Of a DNA stretch of 64,000 nt, positions 20,351-30,123 are shown piece by piece. The stretch's first letter is position 1. Every line of letters starts with the position of its first letter. A program made the translations under genes and the position numbers. The stretch is from NCBI GenBank assembly GCA_964535655.1, contig CAZHTP010000004.1, forward strand, positions 139,108-203,107, in the 5' to 3' direction. The DNA comes from an uncultured Gammaproteobacteria bacterium (GTDB taxonomy: Bacteria > Patescibacteriota > Microgenomatia > JALYQM01). Under the pieces are notes generated by a model. The model saw only the letters and a list, made by a program, of their open reading frames with translations, had not been told where the DNA came from and did no database searches.

Positions 20351-21292
20351 ATGATTAAAATTGGCGTTGTTGGTGCAGGAATGGTAGGGGCTTCATTTGC
20401 CTACTCACTGATGCAGCGTGGGCTTGCTTCAGAGATGGTTTTGATTGATGCCAATCATGATCGTGCCGTAGGTGAAGCAATGGACTTGAACCATGGTTTG
20501 GCATTTGTAAAACCGGTAAGGATTTATGCAGGTGAATATAAAAACTTAGCAGGTTGTGCTGTTACTGTAATCACGGCAGGTGCTGCGCAAAAACCTGGAG
20601 AAACGAGATTGCAGCTTTTAGAGAAGAATGCCGGAATATTAGGATCAATAATCCCTGAGGTTGTAAAGGCTAATCCAGATGGATTAATTGTTTTAGCTTC
20701 CAATCCCGTGGATATACTTACCTACCTCTCGCACGAAATGAGTGGCCTTCCTGCGAATAAGATAATAGGATCGGGTACCATTTTAGATACGGCTCGTTTG
20801 CGATTTTTCTTAAGCGAGAGATATCAAGTAGATCCACGTAGTGTGCATGCGTATATGCTTGGTGAACATGGAGATAGCGAATTTCCTTGGTGGAGTGGTG
20901 CGCTAATTGGTGGTATTCCAGTTAAAGAGTTTGTGTCGGCATCGGGAGTAGGTTTTGATCAAGCTGCTTTGGATGAGATATTTAATAAAACCAAGAATGC
21001 AGCGTATGAAATTATTCAAAAGAAAATGGCGACCTATTACGCGATAGGGCTTGGGTTATTGGATTTGGTTGAATCTATTGTCCGTGATCAACATACAGTA
21101 TTACCGGTATCAAGTATGATGAATGGTCAGTTTGGCGTTTCTGATATTTGTGTAAGCTTGCCGACGGTGGTTGGTGCTAAAGGGATTGAGAAGGTTTTGG
21201 ATATTCAGTTAACGGCGCAAGAGCAGGAGTTGTTTCAGAAGTCTGCACAGATGTTGAAAGAGAGAGTTGCGGAGTTACGCCGACACGTTTAA
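20351..21292 (+). CDS. ldh: L-lactate dehydrogenase
   Basis: VGAGMVG, TAGAAQKPGETRL, SNPVD, GTILDTAR, GEHGDS, ATYYAIG. Confidence 0.96.
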   Translation: MIKIGVVGAGMVGASFAYSLMQRGLASEMVLIDANHDRAVGEAMDLNHGLAFVKPVRIYAGEYKNLAGCAVTVITAGAAQKPGETRLQLLEKNAGILGSIIPEVVKANPDGLIVLASNPVDILTYLSHEMSGLPANKIIGSGTILDTARLRFFLSERYQVDPRSVHAYMLGEHGDSEFPWWSGALIGGIPVKEFVSASGVGFDQAALDEIFNKTKNAAYEIIQKKMATYYAIGLGLLDLVESIVRDQHTVLPVSSMMNGQFGVSDICVSLPTVVGAKGIEKVLDIQLTAQEQELFQKSAQMLKERVAELRRHV

Positions 21293-21404
21293 TTCCTCGC
21301 TTTGCTCGAGATTTAAAGCTCTGCTTTTTCATTAGAGGTTTGAAAAAGAAGATCGGCTTAAGTATCTTAGCTTCGAAAGTAGTTTCTGTTTCTATTTAGA
21401 TACG

Positions 21405-21434
21405 AAAAAAGATCCCGGTAAGGGATCTTTTTTT
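21405..21434. terminator. Bidirectional intrinsic terminator between ldh and rpsT
   Basis: AAAAAAGATCCC-ggtaa-GGGATCTTTTTTT. Confidence 0.85.
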
Positions 21435-21454
21435 AGTTTCGTTTATTGATAGCA

Positions 21455-21793
21455 CTAGGCTGGCTTTACCGTCTTTTTGGTTGTAGACTTCTTTGTTGCT
21501 GTCTTTTTAGTAGTCTTTTTTGCTGCTTTAGGCTTTGCTGCGCCGATGGCATCAACAGTTCGGGCGATAGCTTTTGCCAGGCGGGACTTAAGACGATTTG
21601 CTTTGCCTTTATGGATTAGATGAGACTTAGCAGCTTTGTCTAATGAGCTGAAAGCAGTGTTAAGTGCCTCAGGAGTTTTAAGTGTTAACGCATGTTTTAA
21701 CATGGTTCGCATGTGTGAGCGTTGAGCTTTATTATGGTCCTCGCGCTTGGCATCCTGGCGCATTTTTTTAATTGCGTTTTTCAATATTGGCAT
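21455..21793 (-). CDS. rpsT: 30S ribosomal protein S20 with Lys/Thr/Ala-rich tail
   Basis: MPILKNAIKKMRQ, LDKAAK..LIHKGKANRLKSRL. Confidence 0.95.
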   Translation of the reverse strand: MPILKNAIKKMRQDAKREDHNKAQRSHMRTMLKHALTLKTPEALNTAFSSLDKAAKSHLIHKGKANRLKSRLAKAIARTVDAIGAAKPKAAKKTTKKTATKKSTTKKTVKPA

Positions 21794-21853
21794 ATGCAAG
21801 AGATGATATCATAGTCTGTAATTTTAAGCAACAGGATGGTATAGTGGGCCTTA

Positions 21854-23512
21854 ATGGTCAATAGAATTCTTAAAAGTGGTAAGGATCTGTTTTTGTCTCG
21901 TCAAAGCACTATTCTTGGTGCTGCGACTATTCTTATGGCGACTGTTGCGGCTTCACGCATTCTCGGGTTGGTTCGTACTCGATTGCTTGCAGCTTACTTC
22001 ACTCCCGATCAAACAGGTATCTATATCGCCGCCTTCCGCCTTCCCGACATGATCTATAATTTACTCATTTTCGGGGCTTTGTCTGTCGCTTTTATTCCTG
22101 TTTTTTCGGATATTATGGCAAAGCAGGGAAGAGCGAAAGCTTTCTCATTTGCTTCAAGTTTGCTTTCTGTGGGAGTTGCTATTTTTGGAATAGTGTCTCT
22201 TCTGGCTGTTGTTTTTGTGCGGCCAATTAGCATGTTGATTGCAATAGGTTTTAATGATCAAGAACTCACATTGATGAGCTCATTGTCCCAGATACTTTTT
22301 ATATCCCAGTTTGTTTTTGTTATTGGAGCGCTTTTTACTAGCCTTTTGCAAAGTTTTAAACATTTTTTTATCCCGGCGATTGCTGGAGTTTTATATAATG
22401 TTGGAATTATTATCGGCATTATCGCGTTTACCCCTATTGCAGGTATTTATGGTCCCGTTTATGGTGTTCTTTTAGGCTCATTTTTATACTTGCTTATTCA
22501 TTTGCCACTCATAAAATCTATTGGTTATTCATTTAAATTTAACTTTGACTATAAACAGCCTGGTGTTCGTCGCGTGTTTAGGTTAATGGGCCCTCGGACT
22601 CTTGCTATTGCGGGAGATCAGTTACGCACAACGTTTAATCTCTCAATCGCTTCATCAATCTCGGCAAGTAGTGTTACCTATTTAAATTTTGCGCAACAGT
22701 TATATTTAGTTCCTGTGGGATTATTTATTGCTACTATGGCACAAGCAGCTTTGCCGGTCCTTTCGGAAGAACAGGCATTAAAGCAGAAGGACTCATTTGT
22801 TAAAACTTTAATAACATCATTGCATCAGGTTCTTTTTTTAACTCTGCCGGCGGCTGCTATTTTAATTATTTTAAGAATTCCCGTGGTTCGACTGGTTTTT
22901 GGTGCATCGCAATTTACCTGGGAAGCTACTGTGCTGACTGGAAAAACAGTTGCCTGGTTAGCGCTTGGGTTGGTAGCTGAATCTATTGTCATGTTATTTG
23001 TTCGTGCTTATTATGCTTTGCATGATACTAAAACGCCAGTTAAAGTAGCTTTGTCTTCGCTGCTGGTGGATATATTGTTTAGTATAACGACTATTTTTGT
23101 ATTTAAAATGCCCGTGTGGAGTTTAGGATTATCTGCCACTCTAGGTGGATACATCTCTGCTATTGTTCTGTTTATTTTACTGAATAGAAGAGTAGGAAAC
23201 CTCTTCACTGAGGCTTTTTTCTCTCCATTTTTGCGAATGTCACTTGCTGCTTTTGTAATGGCGGTGAGCTTATATATTCCAATAAAAGTGCTTGACCAAG
23301 TGGTCTTTGATACGACCAGAACGGTCAATTTGCTTGTCCTGACCGGAATTGCTTCGATTTGTGGTATGATTATGTATCTTTTCCTTACGTGGCTTCTAAA
23401 AGTTAAAGAAGCTTTTATGATTTTGAATTACTTAAAAGGACTTGTTGTTAAGGGGAAGAATTTACAGGTTGTGTTAGGTGCTCCGGAAGAGGAACTTACG
23501 GGGAAGAGCTGA
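21854..23512 (+). CDS. murJ: Lipid II flippase MurJ
   Basis: SRILGLVR, AFRLPD, GALSVAFIPVF, YYALHDTKTP. Confidence 0.95.
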   Translation: MVNRILKSGKDLFLSRQSTILGAATILMATVAASRILGLVRTRLLAAYFTPDQTGIYIAAFRLPDMIYNLLIFGALSVAFIPVFSDIMAKQGRAKAFSFASSLLSVGVAIFGIVSLLAVVFVRPISMLIAIGFNDQELTLMSSLSQILFISQFVFVIGALFTSLLQSFKHFFIPAIAGVLYNVGIIIGIIAFTPIAGIYGPVYGVLLGSFLYLLIHLPLIKSIGYSFKFNFDYKQPGVRRVFRLMGPRTLAIAGDQLRTTFNLSIASSISASSVTYLNFAQQLYLVPVGLFIATMAQAALPVLSEEQALKQKDSFVKTLITSLHQVLFLTLPAAAILIILRIPVVRLVFGASQFTWEATVLTGKTVAWLALGLVAESIVMLFVRAYYALHDTKTPVKVALSSLLVDILFSITTIFVFKMPVWSLGLSATLGGYISAIVLFILLNRRVGNLFTEAFFSPFLRMSLAAFVMAVSLYIPIKVLDQVVFDTTRTVNLLVLTGIASICGMIMYLFLTWLLKVKEAFMILNYLKGLVVKGKNLQVVLGAPEEELTGKS

Positions 23513-23521
23513 TTTGAATGT

Positions 23522-23595
23522 GAAACCTTTTTTTTGTGTTTTTCTAGCCCCGGGCTTTGGTGTCCTCGCTGCGAAAAACACACTGCAACGGTTTC
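23522..23595. repeat. Imperfect palindromic intergenic element
   Basis: GAAACC/GGTTTC and GTGTTTTTC/GAAAAACAC arms; shares TGTCCTCGCTGC with 53324-53335. Confidence 0.5.
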
Positions 23596-23627
23596 CCTAA
23601 TAAATAAATATCGGGTTCATATAAATT

Positions 23628-25421
23628 ATGAAAAATATTAGAAATTTCTGTATTATTGCCCATATTGATCATGGTAAGTCTACACTTGCTGATCGCCTGC
23701 TTGAGTATACGGGTACGGTGCAAAAGCGGGATATGCAAGAGCAGCTCCTTGATTCTATGGATATTGAACGCGAGCGGGGAATTACGGTAAAGCTTACGCC
23801 TGTTCGTATGAAGTGGCGCCGGGATGATGGAGACTATATTCTCGATCTTATTGATACTCCTGGGCATGTCGATTTTTCTTATGAAGTTTCTCGTTCGCTT
23901 GTTTCGTGTGAAGGTGCCGTTTTGCTTGTTGATGCGACACAAGGAATTCAAGCACAAACACTTTCTCATTTAACTCAAGCAATGGAACTTGGATTAACTA
24001 TTATTCCTGTGCTTAATAAAATAGATTTGCCTGCTGCAGAGCCTGAGCGAGTAGCTAAAGAGTTGTGCGATACTTTTGGCTTTATAGAATCGGAGATGAT
24101 TTATGCTTCGGGTAAGACAGGTGTTGGCGTTGATAATATAATTGATGCTGTAATTGATCGAGTACCGGCACCTAAAGTTTCGACAGTCCCGTACTGTCGT
24201 GCACTAGTATTTGATTCCTTTTATGATTCATATAAAGGGGTTGTATGTTCAGTTAAAGTGTTTGACGGTGAGTTTAAAGCGAGTGATTATGTACGATTTT
24301 TTGCTACGGAAGCTGGAGTAAGTATTCTTGAACTGGGCTATTTTGGACCTAAAATGACTAAATCTGATTCAATTAAGGCGGGTGAAGTAGGGTATATCGC
24401 TACTGGTTTAAAAGACGTAGGGCTTTGTCGCGTTGGAGATACCATTATTGCTGGTATAACTGATGAAATGGATATGCATGACCTGAATTGGAAGAGTAAG
24501 GTTCATCAACTTGAAGGTTACAAAGAGATGAAACCGATGGTTTTTACCGGTTTGTACCCCATCTCTTCAGATGATTTTCCTGATTTAAAAGATGCTTTGT
24601 ATAAGTTGAAATTAAATGACTCTTCGTTGGACTTTGTTGAAGAGTCTTCACAGGCGTTGGGACATGGGTTTAGATGTGGGTTTTTGGGGTTACTCCATGC
24701 GGAAATTACCCATGATCGATTATCTCGAGAGTATGGTATTGACGTTATCGTGACAACGCCTAGTGTTGGGTATCTGTATAATGGAGAAGAGATAAAAAAC
24801 CCATCCGATATTCCTTCACAGGCTAATGTCTTAGAACCTTGGACACGAGTGTCACTCATTTGCCCTGTTCACTATGTAGGAACCGTGATGCAATTATGCC
24901 AGGAGCATAGAGGTACTTTGATTGATCAAACATATCTTGCACATCAATCTAAATTGATTTATGAAATGCCTTTAGTAGAACTTGTAGTTGGGTTTTACGA
25001 CAAACTGAAATCTTCTACGTCAGGATATGCTTCAATGGATTATGATTTAATTGGACATCGGGATGTTGAAGTAGTTCGATTGGATATTATGGTAGCAGGA
25101 GAGATTGTGGATGCTCTTTCTTATGTTATGGTAAAAACTAAATCGGAGAGCTTTGGACGTAGTTTAGTAGAAAAACTAAAGGAGGTTTTGCCTCGGCAAA
25201 ACTTTGCGGTAGCTATTCAAGCTGCCATTGGTGGAAAAATTATTGCTCGGGAAACAATTTCTCCTTTTAGAAAAGACGTTACTGCTAAATTGTATGGAGG
25301 AGATGTGACACGAAAAAATAAACTCCTTGATAAGCAAAAAAAGGGAAAAGAAAAAATGAAAGATATTGGTCGAGTAAGTATCCCGCAGGAGGCGTTTTTA
25401 GAAGTATTAAAAGTGGGATAA
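23628..25421 (+). CDS. lepA: Elongation factor 4 (LepA)
   Basis: AHIDHGKSTLADR, DTPGHVDF, NKID, GFLGLLH, RKDVTAKLYGGD. Confidence 0.98.
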   Translation: MKNIRNFCIIAHIDHGKSTLADRLLEYTGTVQKRDMQEQLLDSMDIERERGITVKLTPVRMKWRRDDGDYILDLIDTPGHVDFSYEVSRSLVSCEGAVLLVDATQGIQAQTLSHLTQAMELGLTIIPVLNKIDLPAAEPERVAKELCDTFGFIESEMIYASGKTGVGVDNIIDAVIDRVPAPKVSTVPYCRALVFDSFYDSYKGVVCSVKVFDGEFKASDYVRFFATEAGVSILELGYFGPKMTKSDSIKAGEVGYIATGLKDVGLCRVGDTIIAGITDEMDMHDLNWKSKVHQLEGYKEMKPMVFTGLYPISSDDFPDLKDALYKLKLNDSSLDFVEESSQALGHGFRCGFLGLLHAEITHDRLSREYGIDVIVTTPSVGYLYNGEEIKNPSDIPSQANVLEPWTRVSLICPVHYVGTVMQLCQEHRGTLIDQTYLAHQSKLIYEMPLVELVVGFYDKLKSSTSGYASMDYDLIGHRDVEVVRLDIMVAGEIVDALSYVMVKTKSESFGRSLVEKLKEVLPRQNFAVAIQAAIGGKIIARETISPFRKDVTAKLYGGDVTRKNKLLDKQKKGKEKMKDIGRVSIPQEAFLEVLKVG

Positions 25422-25424
25422 GTT

Positions 25425-25844
25425 ATGAAGAAACAATTGTTTAGATCGTTGCGGCCCAATGTGCGAACACCTATTATTACGGTTAATCAATACCAATTTA
25501 ATGACCGTATTTCTAACGCCTGTTTTGGTGTTGGCTTATTACTTACGGTGATTTGTTTTATCCTTGTCTGGATCAATTTCTCTTCCTTACCTCCTCAAGT
25601 TCCCTTATTTTTGCAAAGGCCATGGGGAGAAGAGCAATTAGTTCCAAAATCGTGGCTTTGGTTACAACCGGGGTTGCTGTTACTTTTTTTCCTTGTTAAC
25701 TACGCTATTTCGCTTTTGACTATGAAAAATGAGCCATTAACAGCACGAATTTTAGGTGGTACTGTACTAATATGCTCAGTAATGAGTATTATTTCTTTAT
25801 GGAATATAATGAACTTAGTTGTTAGTGTCCGTATTTGGTTCTAA
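25425..25844 (+). CDS. Three-TM membrane protein (DUF1648-like)
   Basis: LPPQVPLF..PWGE motif between TM helices. Confidence 0.7.
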   Translation: MKKQLFRSLRPNVRTPIITVNQYQFNDRISNACFGVGLLLTVICFILVWINFSSLPPQVPLFLQRPWGEEQLVPKSWLWLQPGLLLLFFLVNYAISLLTMKNEPLTARILGGTVLICSVMSIISLWNIMNLVVSVRIWF

Positions 25845-25849
25845 GTTTC

Positions 25850-26926
25850 ATGATTTACCTTATTGGGTTTGCACTGTCTTTTTTGCTTTCAGTTGTATTT
25901 ACTAAGCTCACTATTCGTTGGGCTACTAAATATGGTTTTGTAGATAATCCTAACCGTTTACACAGCGCGATTCTTCATGATCGCCCTATTCCTAGAGCAG
26001 GTGGGATTCCCGTATATTTTGCATCGTTTGTTGCGGTGTTGTTGTTTTCCACACAATTTCTTCAGGGATTTGATGCAAATTTAAAGCATTTGATTGGAAT
26101 TTTTATTGCTGGACTTGGAATTGTAATCATGGGTACTCTTGATGATAAATATGATTTATCGCCTAATTTGCGCCTTGTTTTTATGTTTATTTTTGCTCTT
26201 GTAGTGGTTGGTTTTGGTATAGGTATAAATTATGTTACCAATCCCATGGGTGGTGTTTTGCACCTTGATGAACTTGTGTATGGTTTTAGGTTTTTTGGTT
26301 CACTACATACGATTGTTGTCTTTGCTGATTTGTTGGCGATTTTTTGGATTGTTTCATTAATGAACGTAGTAAACTGGTCTTCGGGGTTGGATGGTCAGAA
26401 TGCGGGGATAGCAATGATCGCATTAGCAATTTTAGGATTTTCTGCACTTCGCTATAATCAGACTTCCGAGCCGGCTGCTTTGTTAGCTTTTATTACATCG
26501 GGTGCCTATGCAGGATTCCTAGTTTTTTCTGCGTATCCGCAGAAAATTATGCCTGGCTTTGGAGGATCTACTTTTTCTGGATTTATGATTGCGGTTCTGG
26601 CAATCCTTTCGGGAGCTAAACTCGCAACAGCGCTGATTGTACTTGCTATTCCAATTCTTGATGCCGTTTGGGTTGTACTTAGGAGAATAGTAAACAAGCA
26701 GAATCCTATGAAAAATACTCGTACTCATTTGCATCATTACCTGTTGGATGTTGGCTGGTCAAAACGAAGGATAGCTTTTTTTTATTGGCTTATTTGTGCA
26801 ATTTTGGGTATACTAGTATTGCAGATAAACAGCCAGACTAAATTCTTTGTGTTTTTAGTACTGCTTATTTTATTTTTAGCAGGGGCGCTATGGTTACAAC
26901 GCTTATTGCGATCGTCAAAACAGTAA
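25850..26926 (+). CDS. Polyprenyl-phosphate GlcNAc-1-phosphate transferase (WecA/TagO, MraY family)
   Basis: PRAGG, GTLDDKY, NVVNWSSGLDG, PILDA, THLHH. Confidence 0.92.
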   Translation: MIYLIGFALSFLLSVVFTKLTIRWATKYGFVDNPNRLHSAILHDRPIPRAGGIPVYFASFVAVLLFSTQFLQGFDANLKHLIGIFIAGLGIVIMGTLDDKYDLSPNLRLVFMFIFALVVVGFGIGINYVTNPMGGVLHLDELVYGFRFFGSLHTIVVFADLLAIFWIVSLMNVVNWSSGLDGQNAGIAMIALAILGFSALRYNQTSEPAALLAFITSGAYAGFLVFSAYPQKIMPGFGGSTFSGFMIAVLAILSGAKLATALIVLAIPILDAVWVVLRRIVNKQNPMKNTRTHLHHYLLDVGWSKRRIAFFYWLICAILGILVLQINSQTKFFVFLVLLILFLAGALWLQRLLRSSKQ

Positions 26927-27834
26927 GACCGCGGCAGTGGCTCAAAAATCTAACTCTTTTTGCTGGAATAATTTTTAGTCATCGCTTATTCTATCCTAAC
27001 GATTTTTATATGGTTGTACTGGCTGTATTGGATTTCAGCTTGGCTACATCGGCAATCTACATCTTTAATGATATTGTTGATGCTCCACATGATCGGTTAC
27101 ATCCTTTTAAGAAAAAGCGACCAATTGCTTCCGGAGCACTTCCTGTTTCTTGGGCAGTTTTTCTTGCTTCTAGCTTATTAGTACTGTCGTTTACTTTTTC
27201 TTTTATTCTTTCGCAGCGATTTTTCTTAGCGGTTGTAACATATATTTTGCTGCAAACACTGTATATGTATTATTTAAAGCATATTATTATCCTTGATGTT
27301 TTAACTATTGCGAGCGGATTTTTGCTTAGGATTTATGCTGGCGTGTGGGTTATTGGAACTCATGTTAACATCTGGTTTTTGCTGTGTATGGTTTCTTTTG
27401 CGTTATTTATTGCTGTTGGGAAACGGCGTGCAGAGGCAACTCTTTTGAGTGGTTATACCATTGCTTCAGATATTAAACGGGTTCGACCGACTTTAGGTCA
27501 CTATCCCGAATCGTTATTGCAATCCTATACGACGATGTTTGCTACAGCGACTTGGTTAACCTATGCGTTGTTTGCTTTTCAGCAGCCTGCTATTACGCCT
27601 AATACGTTTTTCCAGCCACTTTTTTATAATCTTACTCCTCGGGTAAGCGATGTTAAGTGGTTAATGGTAACTATTCCATTTGTTATCTTTGGAGTTATGC
27701 GTTATCTGTATTTGATTTTTGAGCGAAAGGAAGGAGAATCTCCTGAGCGTATTTTGCTTTCAGATAAGCCACTTTTGACCTGTGTCATAATTTGGGGGCT
27801 GCTTGTTTTTGCTGTCTTGTATGTTGTCTCTTAA
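26890..27834 (+). CDS. UbiA family decaprenyl-phosphate phosphoribosyltransferase-like protein
   Basis: RPRQWLKN, NDIVD..HDRLHP.KKKRPIASG, GKRRAE. Confidence 0.9.
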   Translation: MVTTLIAIVKTVRPRQWLKNLTLFAGIIFSHRLFYPNDFYMVVLAVLDFSLATSAIYIFNDIVDAPHDRLHPFKKKRPIASGALPVSWAVFLASSLLVLSFTFSFILSQRFFLAVVTYILLQTLYMYYLKHIIILDVLTIASGFLLRIYAGVWVIGTHVNIWFLLCMVSFALFIAVGKRRAEATLLSGYTIASDIKRVRPTLGHYPESLLQSYTTMFATATWLTYALFAFQQPAITPNTFFQPLFYNLTPRVSDVKWLMVTIPFVIFGVMRYLYLIFERKEGESPERILLSDKPLLTCVIIWGLLVFAVLYVVS

Positions 27835-28578
27835 ATCTATTTTTATTGCATAATTATTAAAACCTGAAGGATAGGTAACAACGTGATAATGTAGGTTCTT
27901 GAAATGTGTGTTTAGATACGCTAGAAAATCTATCGTATGACTGCGAGTTTTTTTTACATGAGCCGGGCTATTAAAAAGTATCATACTGTCTGGCTTTGCT
28001 AACTTGCATAGTTGTGAGATAAAGGCATCAGTGCCATTTTGATACTGCAATTGATTTTGTTCTCCAGTTAAAATATCTACAATAATTACATCAAACCTAT
28101 TAAAGTATTCTTCCTGCTGGATCACTTTATATGCATCATCATGTACTAAGGTGTAGTTGGTTAGCGAGTCTAAATCAAAATACTTCTTGCAGGCGTCAAT
28201 GATTACCTCGTCGATTTCAACGATGGTCTGATGAATTTTGGGATTTTGCTTATTGATTAAGAGTGACTCAGTATTTGCTCCGAGGCCAAGAAGTAGAATT
28301 TTCGGATCGACTCTGTTTTGGCAGAAATCTAATGTACTTTTGGCAAATTCATACCAGTAGGTTTTTTCTATATTTTTATCGGTAATAGCGATACCTTGTG
28401 TACAAAGATTAATAAACATGCGCTTTTCTCCCGTATAAATCTGCTTTATTTCAACGACTCCTGAATACTTGGAAATATATTTTTTGATCCGTTTAAGGCG
28501 AATTCGCCACACAAAAATTAAGAGAGCGGTAACCAGGAAGATATCTGCAACGATTACGAGGTAAATATTGTTGAACAT
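27760..28578 (-). CDS. Spermidine-synthase-like SAM methyltransferase with N-terminal TM
   Basis: ILLLGLGA, IVEIDE, HDDA, FDVIIVD. Confidence 0.75.
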   Translation of the reverse strand: MFNNIYLVIVADIFLVTALLIFVWRIRLKRIKKYISKYSGVVEIKQIYTGEKRMFINLCTQGIAITDKNIEKTYWYEFAKSTLDFCQNRVDPKILLLGLGANTESLLINKQNPKIHQTIVEIDEVIIDACKKYFDLDSLTNYTLVHDDAYKVIQQEEYFNRFDVIIVDILTGEQNQLQYQNGTDAFISQLCKLAKPDSMILFNSPAHVKKTRSHTIDFLAYLNTHFKNLHYHVVTYPSGFNNYAIKIDLRDNIQDSKNKQPPNYDTGQKWLI

Positions 28579-29483
28579 AGATATAACAGCTTATATGGTA
28601 CATTATATATTTTTATCCAGGTTGAAGGAAACTCGATTATGTCACCATGGAAACGTTTTTTAAATTCTGTAAAGCCTTTCCATTTTTTTTGGTCATTGCG
28701 ATAGCGTGTATCATACAGTGCTTCGAAATCAAACACTTTCATTTGTAACTGTTGACCTTGCTTAAGGCCTTCCCAGACAAGGAGATAATTTGCCATCGTG
28801 TCATACCCTTCTTCCGTAATTCCGGTGTGTAGGTAGGCGAGTGTTTGTTCAAAATAGGCATACCAGACGGCTGCAATAGGTTCGGTTTTACCAGGGGCAT
28901 AGGCAAAAGACAGAAGGGAATTTCCTTTGAACGCATTTATTTTATCGAGCATTTCTTCGTACGGAGGGATGTAGAATTTTTTTATATGGCTGACATTTTG
29001 CATTAAAGTAAAGAATTCGTTAAAGTGGGGAAGTTCTGATTGACCTTGATAATAAATATGTTTGACGGTTATGTTCTTGCTGAGTGCTTTTTTAATATTG
29101 CGCTTGGCATTTTCGGAAAAAGAATTAAGTAATGATTCCTCGCTTTGGGCTAAATCGATCAGGATAGTTGAACTATGTCCGGTTTTTTGCTTTGATTTTT
29201 TAAAACTGTGGTTTGCGATATAACTTTCATCATAATTTTGTGGATGTGGTTCAAGGAGAATGAATAGGGCATTATGTTTTTTGGCAATGGTTTCGAATTC
29301 ATCCAAAGGGAGAGGGCCTTTAGGATGCTGAATTTTGATGATAGTGTGCTTAAACGGTTTTACTTGTCTTATAAATATGTTTATTCCATTAGCTTTTTCG
29401 ACTATCCAGCCGATTTTTTGCATGTAGGTTGCCCACTGGGGGGTTTGTCTGGCATCGGTCGCTATTTCGGTGAGCTTGCTCAT
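28554..29483 (-). CDS. FemABX family peptidoglycan peptidyltransferase
   Basis: QTPQW, TILIDL, RNIKKA, ANYLLVWE, FDFE, GFTEFKKRF.G. Confidence 0.85.
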   Translation of the reverse strand: MSKLTEIATDARQTPQWATYMQKIGWIVEKANGINIFIRQVKPFKHTIIKIQHPKGPLPLDEFETIAKKHNALFILLEPHPQNYDESYIANHSFKKSKQKTGHSSTILIDLAQSEESLLNSFSENAKRNIKKALSKNITVKHIYYQGQSELPHFNEFFTLMQNVSHIKKFYIPPYEEMLDKINAFKGNSLLSFAYAPGKTEPIAAVWYAYFEQTLAYLHTGITEEGYDTMANYLLVWEGLKQGQQLQMKVFDFEALYDTRYRNDQKKWKGFTEFKKRFHGDIIEFPSTWIKIYNVPYKLLYLCSTIFTS

Positions 29484-29619
29484 TGGTTGATTGTAATACA
29501 TTGCGGTTGGGGATGATATAATATGTTGCGTAGATGTTTCAGAAAAATTAGTTTCCACGATCCCACGCAATTTATGCGTGGGACCTCAGCAATATTGGTA
29601 TAGTTACATTAAGGAGCTT

Positions 29620-29692
29620 CGGGGTGTAGCTCAGTTGGTAGAGCGCGCGGATGGGGTCCGTGAGGTCGCAAGTTCGACTCTTGTCACTCCGA
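29620..29692 (+). tRNA. tRNA-Pro(GGG)
   Basis: CGGGGTG/CACTCCG acceptor, anticodon loop ATGGGGT, T-loop TTCGACT. Confidence 0.95.
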
Positions 29693-30123
29693 CAATTACA
29701 AAAGGGGCAAATTTATGGTAGCTGCACTGGAAAAAACACCGGTTTACATTTAGCCGTTTCTACGGGAAGTTTTCTCGATTTTTCGCGGGGAAAAGATATT
29801 GCCAAAGGCGCTTTAACCCGAAAACCAGAATGGGCGATTTGCACCGGAAAAATTGCTGAATCACTCAATGCGATGGTTGATGCCTATGGTTTCCGTCGGT
29901 TACGCTGGATTCATTTTTCGGCAAATACTCCGTATCCACATAGGAGAGCTCCCAGTACTTGGCTGGGAGGTTCCTTGCCGCTATCATTTGTGGTATAAGG
30001 AAACTGATCGTAAGGCGAAAGAAGCGGGCGGACAACGGGTTTGAGGAATCGAAGCCACTATGGATGGATTAATGCATGGAATAATTGAGGGTGGTAGCCG
30101 CAGCTATCCGAATCGACCAACTA

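Noticed and set aside
23544-23969. Antisense and nested ORFs in the track (e.g. opposite lepA, recA, rny, glmS; 29651 and 39667 overlapping tRNAs)
   Set aside because: These are shadow frames of conserved genes or tRNAs with no independent motifs.
27760-28578. True spermidine synthase forming a polyamine pathway with the decarboxylase
   Set aside because: It lacks the GGGDG aminopropyltransferase signature, has an N-terminal TM, and is coupled to femABX; more likely a methyltransferase.
29561-29583. Hairpin TCCCACGCA-attta-TGCGTGGGA upstream of tRNA-Pro
   Set aside because: It is a single short palindrome in a divergent promoter region; it could be an operator but has no second copy or other support.
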